Notes under the pieces: model-generated
The model's input: only the letters and a program-made list of their open reading frames with translations
Told to the model about the DNA's origin: nothing
The model's database searches: none
Shown: piece by piece, positions 1 through 12,987 of the stretch
Numbering within the stretch: the first letter of the stretch is position 1
How the letters are laid out: each line of letters begins with the position of its first letter
Origin: Tubulanus polymorphus
Taxonomy: Eukaryota; Animalia; Nemertea
NCBI RefSeq assembly: GCF_964204645.1
Contig: NC_134027.1
Span: forward strand, 14,726,485 to 14,790,484
Reading direction: 5' to 3'
Length of the DNA: 64,000 nt
Position numbers and translations under genes: made by a program

Positions 1-25
1 ATGTTTTTATGACTCAACATGTCTA

Positions 26-1260
26 TCATAATTCATTTTTCTGATAGGCGGCATCATGGCCTAACCACCACTTGAACTCTGCATCTATTTTGACCAGTTC
101 ACGCATTGCTGACGTTTGGCTTGACATTTTGGGTTCGAATGGGCTCATATACGTAACCATCCATAAGAACGACTGGAAGACTTTTACGTTCTTTGGAGCT
201 TTCATCAATAAGATGGCTCAAACTTTCTCAGGGTCTGGGCGTGCCCCATCGCCGTCGAATATTACTCCGAAAAAGCCTACACTAGACTGTCCTATTGCGG
301 TCTTATCGAAATTAAATATTAGTCCTTCTTTTCGTGCTACCCTCATCATGTGATGTAGATTCCTATCATGTGTCTTCTTGATACCGACCAAACGGGCTAT
401 TGAAAGTCGTGAGAAAACTTGTAAACTCTCGTCCGGCATGACGGACCAGTACCCATGTTTGGTATCTAGTTTAGAAAATACCTTGCTGCCAGAAAGTCTT
501 AGCCTCAACTCTTCCAGAGTGGGTGTGACGTGGTGGCATCTTCTTATCGCCTTATTCTAATCCTTAGGGTCAAGGCAAATCCTTAGATTCCTATTTGATT
601 TTCTTCTTTACGCGGGGGACCTTACCCATTCAGTCGGTTCGGTGACCTTCGTTATAACCCCTTGGTTTTTCATGCCGTCTAGCGTTTCTTTCATCTCCTC
701 ACGAAGTCTTATTGGTTGACGACGGAAAGGGTTTATCACTGGAGTTGCGTCTTTGCCAATAACGATGCTATACTCGCCCTCAAACTCGCCGATTCCTTCG
801 AATCTGTTGGGATTCAACTTCCGTAAGTCATTCCTGTTATTTATCGGTGGGTCTATGACCTGTCGACTTGTGAATAGGTCGTCTTTTCGTACCTCGCATT
901 GGGGCGTCACCAGCTTCATATCACGACATGTAGGAAGTCCTAAAATGGCTGGTCCATCAGTCACATAAAAGTTTGTAGGGACTGTAATCGCTTCCCGCGT
1001 ACATAGTATCAAGCATATACCGTATCATATCAGTCTAGTGCCTCCATAAGCTGTTAAAACCGTACCATTATTCTTCAAGCCCTTAGGCAGTCAATTGGCG
1101 TGTACTTTCGTCGGAAACATGCGTCTATATAGTCGCATGGGAAGCAGGTGACCTTGTGCTCCGGTGTCCACCTTTGCAGTCAAAGTCGTACCACTGTTTC
1201 TTCCGATGCTGATGCTGATAGTGGCATAAACCTCATCGCGGTTGCCTGACGGTCGTCTTT
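26..1260 (-). pseudogene. Degenerate Ty3/Gypsy pol fragment (protease, RT, start of RNase H/connection), frameshifted
   Basis: KVDTGAQGHLLP protease motif near 1140-1175; ORFs 608-1012 (PVINPFRRQPIRLREEMK...EPTEWVRSP), 218-508 (FSKLDTKHGYW) and 26-208 (PKNVKVFQSFLWMVTYMSPF) are collinear Gypsy RT pieces. Confidence 0.85.
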
Positions 1261-2255
1261 CTGTTACCTAGTTAAAGTTCAGTGTTTCAAACTCGTCGTA
1301 TTCTGTGTTTTCTAGTGCATGTACTGTCTGTGATGTAATGGTACTACGATTTCCACCACTTGTAATGGGACAACCACCTCTACCACTGTTATGTCACCTC
1401 TCACTAAATGGTGTGCCGCTGGATCTTCTATGTAACTGGATCCAATCGCCGACCTGCCTCTTCCTTATGTAGATATTAACTACTTACACTTCTATCTGGT
1501 ATGATCAAGCTTTTCTTTGTTTTCTCTCTACTGCTTACGCCATCTATTCAGCTTTATCTCCCCAACTCTCTTTTAGTACTCTCTCTCATATAGTCTCTTT
1601 TTTACTGTCTTTTGTACTCCCTTTTGTGCTCTCTTTTGTACTCTCTTTTGTACTCCCCTGGACCAAGAACCTTATATACTATTTGGTTCATTCTTTACAT
1701 TCCTATACCATGACCATACCCGCTTCTACAATCACCCTATTTGGTATTATCAATCCCTGCTACTTCCATTCTACTCCCTCCTGTACTATACTAACCATCC
1801 CTTAAAAAACCTTACATATTAAGTATAGTTACTCATTGCTGTTCTTACTTGTCAATATACTCCCTCCTTGTAATTCGAGCCATTTGCCTTCAGTGTGCGC
1901 ACCAGCACATATCTAGTGTGCGCTATCGTGCTCACACACTATCTTTTCCATACATTTAAAACCCTATAACTATTGCTTCTACAGTGACCTCTGAAATATT
2001 TGTTGTGATTTTTTATCGGGCTTGCGTGAGCGGCATACCATTTATTTTACCACATGTGTTGCATTTTGTGTCTTTGGCAGGATATCATATATATGCTTGC
2101 TGCCGCAGAAGCTGCAATCTTTATAACTGGGTCGATGTTTGTGGTTTCTTCTACTGGGAATACTGCAATCTTCATAACTAGGTCGATTTCTATGGTGATT
2201 ACCGTTTTTTTTCTTTGATGCTGTTGACTTCGGTGTGGCATGGCATACTTTTCTT

Positions 2256-2523
2256 CAACTTCTGACACCAAGTAACGATTTTATGCCCAGCAATCAACAA
2301 AGAGACGATTATCATGGATTGTATCAGAACTTTTATTCAACATGACTGTACACAATAGCTGCAGTACCGGAAGAGGCTGCAGTACTCGAGAGCCCTTATC
2401 AGGCTACGATAACGATTCGATAACCACGGGGGACCGTATCCCAATACACGTCTACTAATAACATTGCAAAATCCATAGGTATCAAGGCCAGGGATCGTGG
2501 AAACCTGTCATAACTCATGACTT
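2256..2523 (-). mobile_element. Probable PBS and 5' LTR of the upstream Gypsy relic
   Basis: Minus strand TGGTGTCAGAAGT at 2258-2270 is a typical Gypsy primer-binding site, directly abutting a ~250-bp block that carries a minus-strand AATAAA; the far LTR boundary is approximate. Confidence 0.55.
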
Positions 2524-2920
2524 TATGGATTCCCCACACACAGAATGAATGATCCGAACGAAATAAACTTATAAAATACTACTTACTCAAATTTATACAA
2601 CTTTTATTTCACAATGAAAAGATAATGGAGATATCTTATGTAAATTCAATGGTAATTTCATTATTTATTATTTACGGTTTACAAACATGAATAGGTAAAA
2701 CATATTTGCATTGTACATATTCATAGATAAACGCTTCATTTCATCTAATATGCCGAGTAGAGTATCGTGATGGAGAAGAGTATCGGAGTATGATGGATTC
2801 AGTCGATTGCAATCTGAAACTCTCACGACTCCCAATCACTTATGTTGATAGCAAATTAAGTTGTACTAGTTTCGTGCACATAAACACATGTAATATGTTT
2901 TAACAAACACCTTAAAACTA

Positions 2921-3730
2921 TCAAATAAATTGCCCATGGGCAACTTGTGGTTTACCTTGAAAGCTAGATGTTTGGAGTTAGGGCATTGCTTGAAAAATCT
3001 TTTTAATTCGTGACTTCAAAGTTCTACAAGTTTATATTGTATTTTTTATTTTTTCTAAGAATTATTTTATAGTCAGATAAGACCAAAGATATACATACGT
3101 TTATGGTCCACGTACAACATTTCATAAGGTAAGGCGCGGCAGGGAAAGTATTTTATATTTTCAAAAAAACATTTTTCACAATATGAATAAATGTTCAAAT
3201 AAAGTTCATATGATGTCACATATCAGAGGGTGGCTGAATACTGGACTTGTAAACCTCTTCCAATGTATGGCCGGGGAAGCTAAAATACCGGTACAGCTCA
3301 GAAATGGGCGTATTAGATCGTTTTAAATCCTGGAATTTACCACTACAATATTCGGACCTCGACCTAAACCCATATTTTCCGCTTAGTATTTTCAGGTCAC
3401 AAGAAATTACAATATATTACATTCTACAATCTATCTTTATTCTATCAAACAGAAAACACAGCGCTCATCTACTGCCTCGATTATTCAGCCTATTTTCATG
3501 TCAAACGTGCACGGACCAAGCAGCGTTACAGCATCACTACGCAAGAGCTAAGAATTTTCCCGCCAAAAACAGTTTTTCGCAGAATATTAACCAAGTTGAC
3601 CATTGTCATCGAACGTAGGTTCGCCATGTCTTCAATCGCATCGATTATACGTTGTTTAAGCCGAGAACCAATGAAACAAATGCTCACATGAAAAAACTTA
3701 CCGCAATTTAAATGAATTGGCTCAATGCCA
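2921..3730. repeat. Dispersed repeat, probably a non-autonomous DNA element; inverted homolog at about 40540-41590
   Basis: aaataaattgcccatgggcaacttgtggtttaccttgaaa is the reverse complement of tttcaaggtaaaccacactttgcccatgcgcaatttattt (41549-41588); similarity continues over several hundred bp. Confidence 0.7.
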
Positions 3731-3785
3731 ACTTCATATCGCTGACAATGGTAAACCAAAAACGTAATCGTTAAACGGGAGATCA

Positions 3786-4990
3786 AGATTGGAGTCCGGG
3801 AGTTTTCTTCTTAAGAAATTGAGAGTTGGTTCCAATGGTATATTTGTACACAAGGAAACAGCGGCGAAAGATATAAAACCTAACTTTTGGATTTGATATG
3901 TTGATGACATTCTGTGCTTAGTTTCTAATGATTTTGATCTTACCTCTTTTATCGACTTCATCAACTCCCAATATCCCTCTTTGAAATTCACTTTTGAATG
4001 GGAACAAAGTGACCAAATTCCGTTTTTAGATGTTCTAATTCACAATAAATATTCTCATTTGATTTTCTCAGTTTACCGTAAACATATCAACGTCGAGGCA
4101 TACCTTCACTTCTTTTCGTTTACTGCTAAATAAATCAAAATTGGTCTCGCTCAAGGCCTCTTTCTCCGTGCATTACGGACCTTCATGGAAACCTTCCTTT
4201 CGGCTGAATTTGACATATATCTAACTCACTCAGAAAATTGGTTTACCCTGATCACATTTTGAAAATCGCTATTTCTAAGGCTAAACGAACTTTCTTCAAT
4301 TCTAAACCCCCAGAAAATAAAAAACACATTTCAGAAATAATTGTAGTTCCGTATGTACCTGTTTTGGAAAAGTTTCGTCACTCTCTCCCTTTATTGAAAA
4401 AACAAATTATTTTCACGTATGAAAACAAAATTAGTAAGACTTTTGTAAAAAACAATCAATCTAAACCTTTGGACTGCGGAGTTTACAAAATTCCTTGTTT
4501 TGGCTGTGATAAAATTTACTTTGGAGAAACTGGTCGTGAATTAAAAACTCGAATTTCGGCACAAAAAGGATATTATAAATCAAAAACCGGCTAGTGGCGT
4601 AGCCAATCACGTTTGGAACACTGGTCATCGTTTTAATTTTGATAAAGCCGAAATCATTTATACTTCCAGCAATTACACTAAACGCCATATTGTTGAGTCT
4701 GCCCTTATTACTCGTCACTCAGATATAAGTACCAATTTAGATAATGGCTTTTCTCCACACAATACCCTTCTTCCTAAGTATATAACTTCATGCCTTGCCA
4801 AACATTAAATTACTTACTCACTCACCAATTTACTCAATTAACCTGTTCTCCTCTGTATATATACCCCTGTTTTTAGTCTATATCTTACACCTGACGATGA
4901 TCTCTAGGGTGAGATCGAAACGTCGTGTTTATTATATATTTTAGATTGTTCGAATAAATAAATTCTTGATTTTAAATTCTTTTAATCTGT
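3786..4990 (+). mobile_element. Penelope-like retroelement fragment (RT C-terminus and GIY-YIG endonuclease) with a 5' inverted piece and a 3' pseudo-LTR
   Basis: LKFTFEWEQSDQIPFLDVLI at ~3980-4040; ORF 4238-4594 GVYKIPCFGCDKIYFGETGRELKTRI (GIY-YIG); minus-strand piece ISFAAVSLCTNIPLE at 3786-3900; hammerhead core downstream. Confidence 0.85.
4887..4928 (+). ncRNA. Minimal type I hammerhead ribozyme of the Penelope-like element
   Basis: acac-CTGACGA-t-gatctc-tagggt-gagatc-GAAA-cgtc-gtgt: intact CUGANGA and GAAA core, stem I acac/gtgt, 6-bp stem II, palindromic ACGT stem III, GUC cleavage triplet. Confidence 0.8.
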
Positions 4991-5079
4991 AGATAGTGGG
5001 TTTTGATATAAAAATCTTTATTTGTAGTTTCCCAAGTAGATATCTTCGTATTAAATTATTGAGTTAGTTCGCGAAAGCC

Positions 5080-5565
5080 TTACGTTAATTTCTGCGAAAT
5101 CCCTCAGTCAGGCCCGTGCTATCTCGAATTGACTATTGTAACAGTCTGCTTGCTGGCATTTCTAATGATGACATGCAGAGTCTTCAAAGGCTTCAAAACT
5201 GTGCTGACTCGTTCCTTTACCAACACGTTCTCACATTACTCCCCCACTGCGAGAATTACACTGGTTGCCGGTTAAAGTATCGACCTCAAAGTTCTCATGT
5301 TGATTTTTAAGGCCCTCACAGATCGTGCTCCAGTGTGAGCTTTTCGAGTATTACAAACCAGCATCTTCTCTTGGATCCTCTGAACAATCCGAACTGGTTG
5401 AACCATCCTTCTCGCAAATTTTGAAAGAGCTTTTACGAGTGAAGCACAGAACTCCATGAGTTCTACATCCGCTGTTCTCAAATTTACGATGAATGAATTT
5501 GAATCCATTATTATTATCATGATTATGATTATAATGATTTTCATGAATCATCATTGTTATTATTT
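5080..5565 (+). mobile_element. L2/CR1-like LINE 3' fragment (RT C-terminus, ATT-type tail)
   Basis: LSRIDYCNSLLAGI...LQRLQN and LHWLP-like motifs; attattattatcatgattatg tail. Confidence 0.75.
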
Positions 5566-5985
5566 CTCATTTAGAAGCTGCAGCATCAAGCAGTGTCTGA
5601 GTTCACATTTAATTACTTTTCGTACTGCATCTTTTCACAAATTAAAATCCAATATTGATAAAATTGAGTCCTGTGTTTTAAAAAACATGGCAAAAGGTTT
5701 TAAAGACTTTGAACCTGTCGGCGATAGATATACGCGCTGCGTCACTGTATCTCACTGTATCTCACTTTAGGTTATGGTTCTGAATATGGTTGAGGTCTAG
5801 TCACGTAGCAAACAGAATCACAAGATCTTTCTCTTACTCGTAACCTGAAGACGATTCGTCCAAATCATGACACGAATGATTCAGTCACTGTCAATGTTCT
5901 GAATCAAGAAGAGAATTTCCAGTAAATAAAACTTTTTGAATAATAACCAGTTATCATAAACAGTGTAACGGTTTTGTGTACTTAC

Positions 5986-6156
5986 TATCATCACTTCTGG
6001 AATTTATGGCAGGGATTAGTAATTTCTTTAGGCCAAGTGAAATGGGAAATTCCATTCTAAGATCCTTTGCAGTTGACAATATGAGCGCTTTCCTGCTGTC
6101 TAGGTCTTCACGTTCTAAATATTCAATAAATGCATCCTTCCGTTGTTCGATTCGTA
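5986..6156 (-). CDS. Possible internal exon of an unidentified host gene
   Basis: Polypyrimidine tract and CAG acceptor, 171-nt open frame (RIEQRKDAFIEYLEREDLDSRKALILSTAKDLRMEFPISLGLKKLL...), GTAAGT donor; no homolog recognised. Confidence 0.3.
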
Positions 6157-6657
6157 CTGAAAAAGCAACAACAAAAATATTTCTTAAAAAGGAGTCGACG
6201 TGAGTCAGCGTGATATTCTAATGAAACTGCTTGAATAACATCTTCGAAAGATTGATGATTAGAATTTTAAGTCTCAACACATAAATATTCGAATACACAA
6301 GTTTAGAAACTAAAAGTTTAATAATTCCATTATTTCTAAGAATTTATTTAAGAATTTACGTTGATCGATTTTGCCCCTAGAGGATATTGGAACTAAGAAT
6401 ACTTTTGAAAGGATCCATTTTAAAAGGTATATATGAAACATTCTCTTTAATTGACCAAAATTTATTGAGGACTTAATCACTGACTTTCTATAGATAATGA
6501 ACTATCCAAAGATTAACGCGATAAAATTCGTTGGCTCGTTATTATCAGCCTGCTTTTTTACCAAGCTTCGCGAATATAAACGATAATGTTGCCCTTTTTA
6601 CAGAAATCTTGACGTATCAAACCATAGATAAATAATACTGAAAAAATTCCTACATTA

Positions 6658-7256
6658 GGCCACCAAATAGAATCCTGTTTCTCGAGCGGGGCAATCACCA
6701 GTGAGGTAGGGAATTATCTTTATTTATAATAAAAATACATTTTGGGTATACTTGAGAAAATGGGTAGGTTGCCGTAAATACTTTTTACTAGACTAAATTT
6801 TTAGTCGGGAATATGATTAACAGCTAGTAAACCACAATAATAAAAGGACATTGATGGGTTTATACAATTGATTATAGAAAAAACTATGTTTTGAACATAT
6901 TTCAGGGATTTCCTGGAATTTTACAATCAAAGGTCACCATCAATGTCCGATTAGCAAAGTTGTCTGAGCATGGCTGCACCACTTCCAGAATCAAATTGTT
7001 AATCCGATGTAATAATATATCTTTTTATGATGTTGATCTCAGTGCCGACATCACGATTTGATTAAAAAGAAAAAAATATTTACGAGAATGGAGAGTTTTG
7101 TCGGTCGGCCGCATATTTTTGAAAAAAAGTTATTTCACTCAAAATTTTGAAAAAGGGTCCGTAGGCAATTATATTTTATTCTGAAAATTATTATTTGAAA
7201 CGACGAAATATCGGGTCGGTCGGGCCCGAGAAACAGGATTTTCTTTTGCTACAGCC
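6658..7256. mobile_element. MITE-like element with imperfect TIRs
   Basis: ggccaccaaatagaatcctgtttctcg ... cgagaaacaggattttcttttgctacagcc, both ends flanked by TTA. Confidence 0.5.
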
Positions 7257-8262
7257 TTACTTTTCTCTATAATCAAACGGTTTTCCATCGAAACAGTGTT
7301 TCATTGGAATTGTAATAGTTAACATAAGCTAAAAAAAATTGGACTTTGTTTCTCCACCTGCTCTACCCACCCAGAAGTGACCGGGCAGGTGTTTTTTCAT
7401 TTATTTAAAAAAAAACACAGATTTGTGGAAATACTGCACCTGACAGGCAGGATTTCGTTTTTATTAAAAACAAATTGATGTAACTATTATTGAATGAAGA
7501 AGATGGCAGGGAAAGATCCGAGTCATGACCAACTGACTGCATATTAATGTTTTCAAATGACATATTGTCACCGGTACCACTATTAGTGAACACTATTAGT
7601 GAATTTAGTCACGGAGACGGAGTGGGCGTTCCCCCTCATTTAACTGTGTTTCTATTTTATGCAAATACGTTTGTACGAGGCAAAATAGTTCGATGCTATC
7701 AGTCTTTAGTAAAAAAATAACCCAACACTCAACTCCGTGGCCACAAGTGTGAAAACGAAGTTCCAACATACATGGTAAACCAAAGTATATTTTTCTAACA
7801 TGAAATACGTTACGGGAAACCAATAGGGTCCTAAAGATTTTGTGTGGACTCAACAGCATTATGTTCAATTCAATCACAGTGAATAATAACGGCCTTGAAC
7901 CTTCACTCCATAAACTATGGCTACTATCGCGTGTCTCTCCGATGGATTTTTCCCAATTCATGTACAATGGATAATAAATATCAGCTCAAATTAAGTTTTA
8001 TATTCACCCGGCAGCCCGGATTTTATTCTTAAATTCAATTCACACCTGCTTTTCGAAGGGACCCGGATTTATCATTTGTGATTAGCATTATAAAGCTGCA
8101 TATTGAAGTTAATTAATGTTAGTTGAGTATACACGTGGTTAAGTTTGGTTTCAAAGTTGTTATAAGTCCATAATTATTCGTGCAATATGCAAGTTATAGT
8201 AAATTCTTGCTGATACACTCTCGCTCAACTTAATCGGCGAACCGTAGGTTTGCCTATGCAAA

Positions 8263-10631
8263 CGGTTCCTGAACTTCGCTGAAAAAGCTGAATCACTGAA
8301 ACGCTGAAACGCTGAAATAAAAACGCTGAAATTTCAGGGAATTTCCGAAAAACGCCGAAATTTCAGGGAATTCCCGAAAAACGCTGAAATCGTGCTAGGT
8401 ACCAACAATACACGTTTTGAAATATTTTCCGGGCCGGTGTCCGCTGCCGAGTCCTGAACCGTGTTTTAGTCTCTACCTTCGGTTACAGAGACATGCATGG
8501 ACAGTATGTGTGGAGTATACTTCTAGAGGCCACTTGTTGGACAAATTAATTCGCTTGAAATCCGGATTTTTAATGCATACAGGCAGCATAATGAGGAAAA
8601 CCCATTCACAAACCGTGCAAGCTAACTTAAACACTATGCTCAATATTCCCTGCAAGACGCAAAATATCTTATTTGAACGTTCATGTATAAAACATGGAGC
8701 AACTTTTCTTTTGTCAACACGTTGATGGGCGACGGACTATGTCACTATGGTATTCTCTGAAGGAGGTAAATTAAATTTGACAGCTAGTTATATAAATGAT
8801 GCAGCTTTTGGACAAAAGGGATCTAACTAAATTTCTTTTTAATTCACTGTGGAATGGAATGGAATGGATTGACGCCAATGGCATGCAGTAGGCCCCTACA
8901 TATGGGTCATACTGATTAGCGTCAACCAATTAATCTAAATCGGGCTAACCATTCAACAACTGTGAATAATTTATTTGCTGTGGCGTGATAATAATTAGTT
9001 TTTTTGAAGAAATGACATACCAACTGTTAGAAAAATGTACCGATTCTTATTTTTAGACTACTACTGAATCTATAAAAGGAGGAGTCATAGATAAAGTTGA
9101 TTTGCTTAGCTGGTGACACTTCTTGTCAAGTACATCATCTCAAGTACTGGGTGTTTTGTAAGTTTAATTTCAGTATTTATTTACTAAGTGCTGTTCTCTC
9201 GGACCTCAGTGCTTTCAAACTAGGCCCACCCCATAGGCTATATAGTCCAGGGTGCATTAGCCACTATTCTTTTATATCCCACTAAAATGCACCTTTTTCT
9301 ATTTTTAGATTCAGGCTTAGAATGTGCAAATTTTTTGAGATACTGAGAAATCAGATGGCACCAGTAAACTTCAACTGCGAAATTTGCAGCAGGATAGCTA
9401 ACCGACACAATTTTTAAAAATAAAATGGCTATTCGAATGCTATTTCAATAATAACTTGATTCAACCAGAGAGAAATAAGTCAATTGCGGATGTACAGTAC
9501 ACCCACTTTTCTTCCCTGTTTCCTGGTACCAAATTTTTAGTCTTAAGCTAAGCGATATTCTAAGGTATACTAGTGGATTTCATTAGAATATGAAGCAATG
9601 GAACCAGAATTCTAGCCAGAGTTAAGCGAACTATTGATTCTGATATAATGTAAGAACTGATTTCCTTTGTATACTCTTGCAGAATGTGTTATGTTTTATT
9701 TCAAGCTGTTAAATAATATAGTTAGACAAATGTCCAATTATTGGATCTTTCTTGTTGACTCGTTTAATTTTGTGAGTTAAGAGTTCCAGTCAATCCACAA
9801 TGTGCAGTGCCTAGCCTTCATCTACACTAAAGCCAAGCCTGTGTATGGGAAAAAAATATCGTTCGACTCCTATAGGCCAGACACATCAAAGCATGCAATA
9901 CATTGCAGATAGTAGTCTCCGGCAAGTCGAAAGAGAAAGTAAACCAGGTTTTACCCCGTACCCTACCCGGGAACAAAGACACTTAAAGATTCCTTCCTCC
10001 TTGTAGAAATTGTAGAAATATGGCACCCAATTGTAGCAATGCTAAGTACAGTATACTATGACGGTTGAACCTTTATTAACGAATTTCAATGACACCGAAA
10101 ATAGAATCAAAATAATCATTAGTTCCATGCTAGCACTTAATTTGGGTTATCAGGTTCAGCCTAACTGTACTTTCATTCAGCTACAACTTGCATGAGACTT
10201 GGCAATGATAAGTTGCAAGAAATCACCAAACATAAGAAAAAATATTGTGAATTAATATTACTGTGATTAAGAATTTATTCAAATGAAGTGATAACTTCAT
10301 TGTTAGATCGTACCGGTATATGCACATAAAACTATGGCAAAAAACACATCTAACAATCTACGCAATCGATCAAGTCGATCATGACGACGACCTTAAGGCA
10401 TGTCTCTGTAACCGAAGGTAGAGCATAAAACACGGTTCAGGACTCGTCAGCGGACACCGGCCCGGAAAAAATTTCAAAACGTGTATTGTCGGTACCTAGC
10501 ACGATTTCAGCGTTTTTCGGGAATTCCCTGAAATTTCGGCGTTTTTCGGAAATTCCCTGAAATTTCAGCGTTTTTATTTCAGCGTTTCAGCTTTTCAGTG
10601 TTTCAGCTTTTTCAGCGAAGTTCAGGAACCG
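8263..10631. mobile_element. Non-autonomous DNA transposon with long (~230-bp) TIRs and 9-bp TSD, MULE-like
   Basis: TIR cggttcctgaacttcgctgaaaaagctga... with internal gctgaaa repeats; exact TSD ctatgcaaa at 8254-8262 and 10632-10640. Confidence 0.9.
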
Positions 10632-11014
10632 CTATGCAAACGGTCTGGTGAAGCAGTTTTCATTGAAAATTAGTGTATCGGTGTGTCCGCAAGGCACAAA
10701 CATTGGCTGTTGGACCAATAGTGTTGATATTCGGTGTCAATATATGTATTATATTGTTTTCTTCTAATCCGCTGTTCATTGACGATCATGTCATGTGATT
10801 ATAATGAATAAACAAACTTGAAACTTGAAACTTGGTTTGGCTTAATGAGTTCTCACATTTCACAGTGATCGAGTAATTTTTATGGGACTTATTCTTGAAA
10901 AACACGTAAAAACCCTGCTTTGGCACTAAGTAATGGCACGTTTTCACATATTAGAATTTGCATACTTGGAATTGAAATATATAAAAGTTCAATCCTTTCT
11001 GGAAGTGTTGCCGT

Positions 11015-12484
11015 TATAGCACCCCGATGTTCAGCGCTAAAAAGGGAGCTAGGGAACTAGATCTGAGGTAGAGCGCAAGCGAGGTACCTTAAAATGAAAG
11101 TAGAAACAGTTCCAATATAATATCCGTAAAACGACATTTATTTTTCAGATCAGGAAGCAGAATGTGTATAATATGATATGTGATTATAATAATATATGAT
11201 AGTGATTATGATAAGTAATAATATTAAAATGTAGTAAGGCCTATAATAAAGAATGATCAGCTTTAGAATTATTTACAACCGGTTGGTTTCACATTTCAGA
11301 CTATTCTTATACGTTTTAGAAATATCTATAGACAAATATAACCCGTGCACGGTTAGTACCACTAAATTTCTAAGACTTAAACTGACAATCGTTAATGTCC
11401 GAGAAGTACCTAGTTAAATCTATTTCACAGGACACTTCGTGATAGTTATCAGAGATATCCATTTCTAGCTGACGAATGCTAAATATAAAAAGTCTTAGAA
11501 TTGATAACTGTTTAATTACGATTTACACTAATGGACGAATATTGATAGTAATCTTAACTAATAATCACGGACCGGTGACTCGGCAGTTAAAGCCAGTCAG
11601 GTCATAAAAGATTCAGATTCTCAAGAGATAACAGAATTATTCCATAATACTAGCGGACAAGTGCTGAGTATACTGCTATCTAATTTGTAACATTTTGATT
11701 AGAAATTCAACATAAAGACCGATTTCAATCTAACTCCAAATGAAATACAATAATAAAATCATGTTTATAAAAATAGCTAGCTGACAAAGGCTAGGAAAGA
11801 ATAGACAAAAATATAGTAATATTGATAATAGATGTGTAACTATATAGGAATATTGTTGATTAATCTTATACGGCATGTAGATCTATGAGGTTTGAGCTAT
11901 ATACACATTCAAATACTCTAAAAGAAAAATACAAAATTTCTTACCTTAAAATGAAATTAGAAACAGTTTCTAAATATAATATAATATAAATATAAATATA
12001 ATATCCGTAAAACGACATTTATTTTTCAGATCAGGAAGCGGAATGTGTTGCCTTCCTGTCTGTTACTCATTTTATATATTTTGTTATAATGAGGGCGGAC
12101 CCAGGCTGATGATTGATCCCTCAGAGAAATACCCAATAAATTGACCCTTGATACAGCCAAAATCTCACACCTAGCAGGTTGGCACCTTAATGAGTTAATC
12201 AATGAAATAGCTTTTTGGCAGGCAAACAGTGAGATAATCGCCTGGGTAGGCAGCTGTCCAGCAGCTCGCCCAAAATCACTATCAAAACCAAAGTGGGTCT
12301 TATTTTATTTTTCGCAGGATGTTTGTACAAAGTTAACAACCTAGCCAATGGGTTGTTATTGTTATGCCAACTAAGAGCAGGCTCTTGTAACCATGCAGCA
12401 AACTCAGAAACTATGATGATTTCAAGTCAAAATCAAAGTATTTAGAAGAAAAAACTATTTTTCGAATATTAACTAGAAATTCAA
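11015..12484 (-). repeat. 3' LTR of the Gypsy element
   Basis: Near-identical to 18991-20428; similarity stops after agaaattca. Confidence 0.9.
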
Positions 12485-12987
12485 CAAGTAAACAAATCAG
12501 ACTCGATAGCGATGTAATGAATGTAGCGATATAATGAACCTCCAAGTTTGAACAGTGTTTCAGGGGGTTCATTTGGCAATAATGCCTAGTAATCAAACCC
12601 AAAGGCCTAAGCCTCAGCAGGTGGAGAGCTATGGTAAAAGGGTAGTTAGAATGGCGTCAATGCGCCTGAGACGCAACCAAAAGCGAGTCAAACCAAAAAA
12701 AAGAGAGGTGATACCGGTACTTGTCAACCCGATACTGCAGATGACCAAAAGAATGGACTGCCAGAAAAAGTGTCCTGAAGAGAAATGAAGATGAAAGGGA
12801 GAAGTGATTTTTGTCTACAGAAGAAAAGCCTTAAATTGGGAATTTGGCCAAAACTCCCTAGCACAGAAAGCTCCTATCCAAACCCCTGTAAACGCAAACA
12901 CCATGGATATTTGATGGAATGACACTTTTTCTTAAGTCCGTGACTGACAACTTTGAAACCATAAATAGGGCTGCGAAATCCGCTGGG

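Noticed and set aside
1431-1983. CT-rich block with TG...CA ends as a possible solo LTR
   Set aside because: No matching TSD found; boundaries unsupported
8263-8400. Regularly spaced gctgaaa repeats resembling a CRISPR or iteron array
   Set aside because: They are subterminal repeats inside transposon TIRs; no unique spacers and a eukaryotic context
12141-12344. 67-aa ORF duplicated at 20086-20289
   Set aside because: Lies in the LTRs, non-ATG start, no recognisable motif; duplication reflects LTR identity
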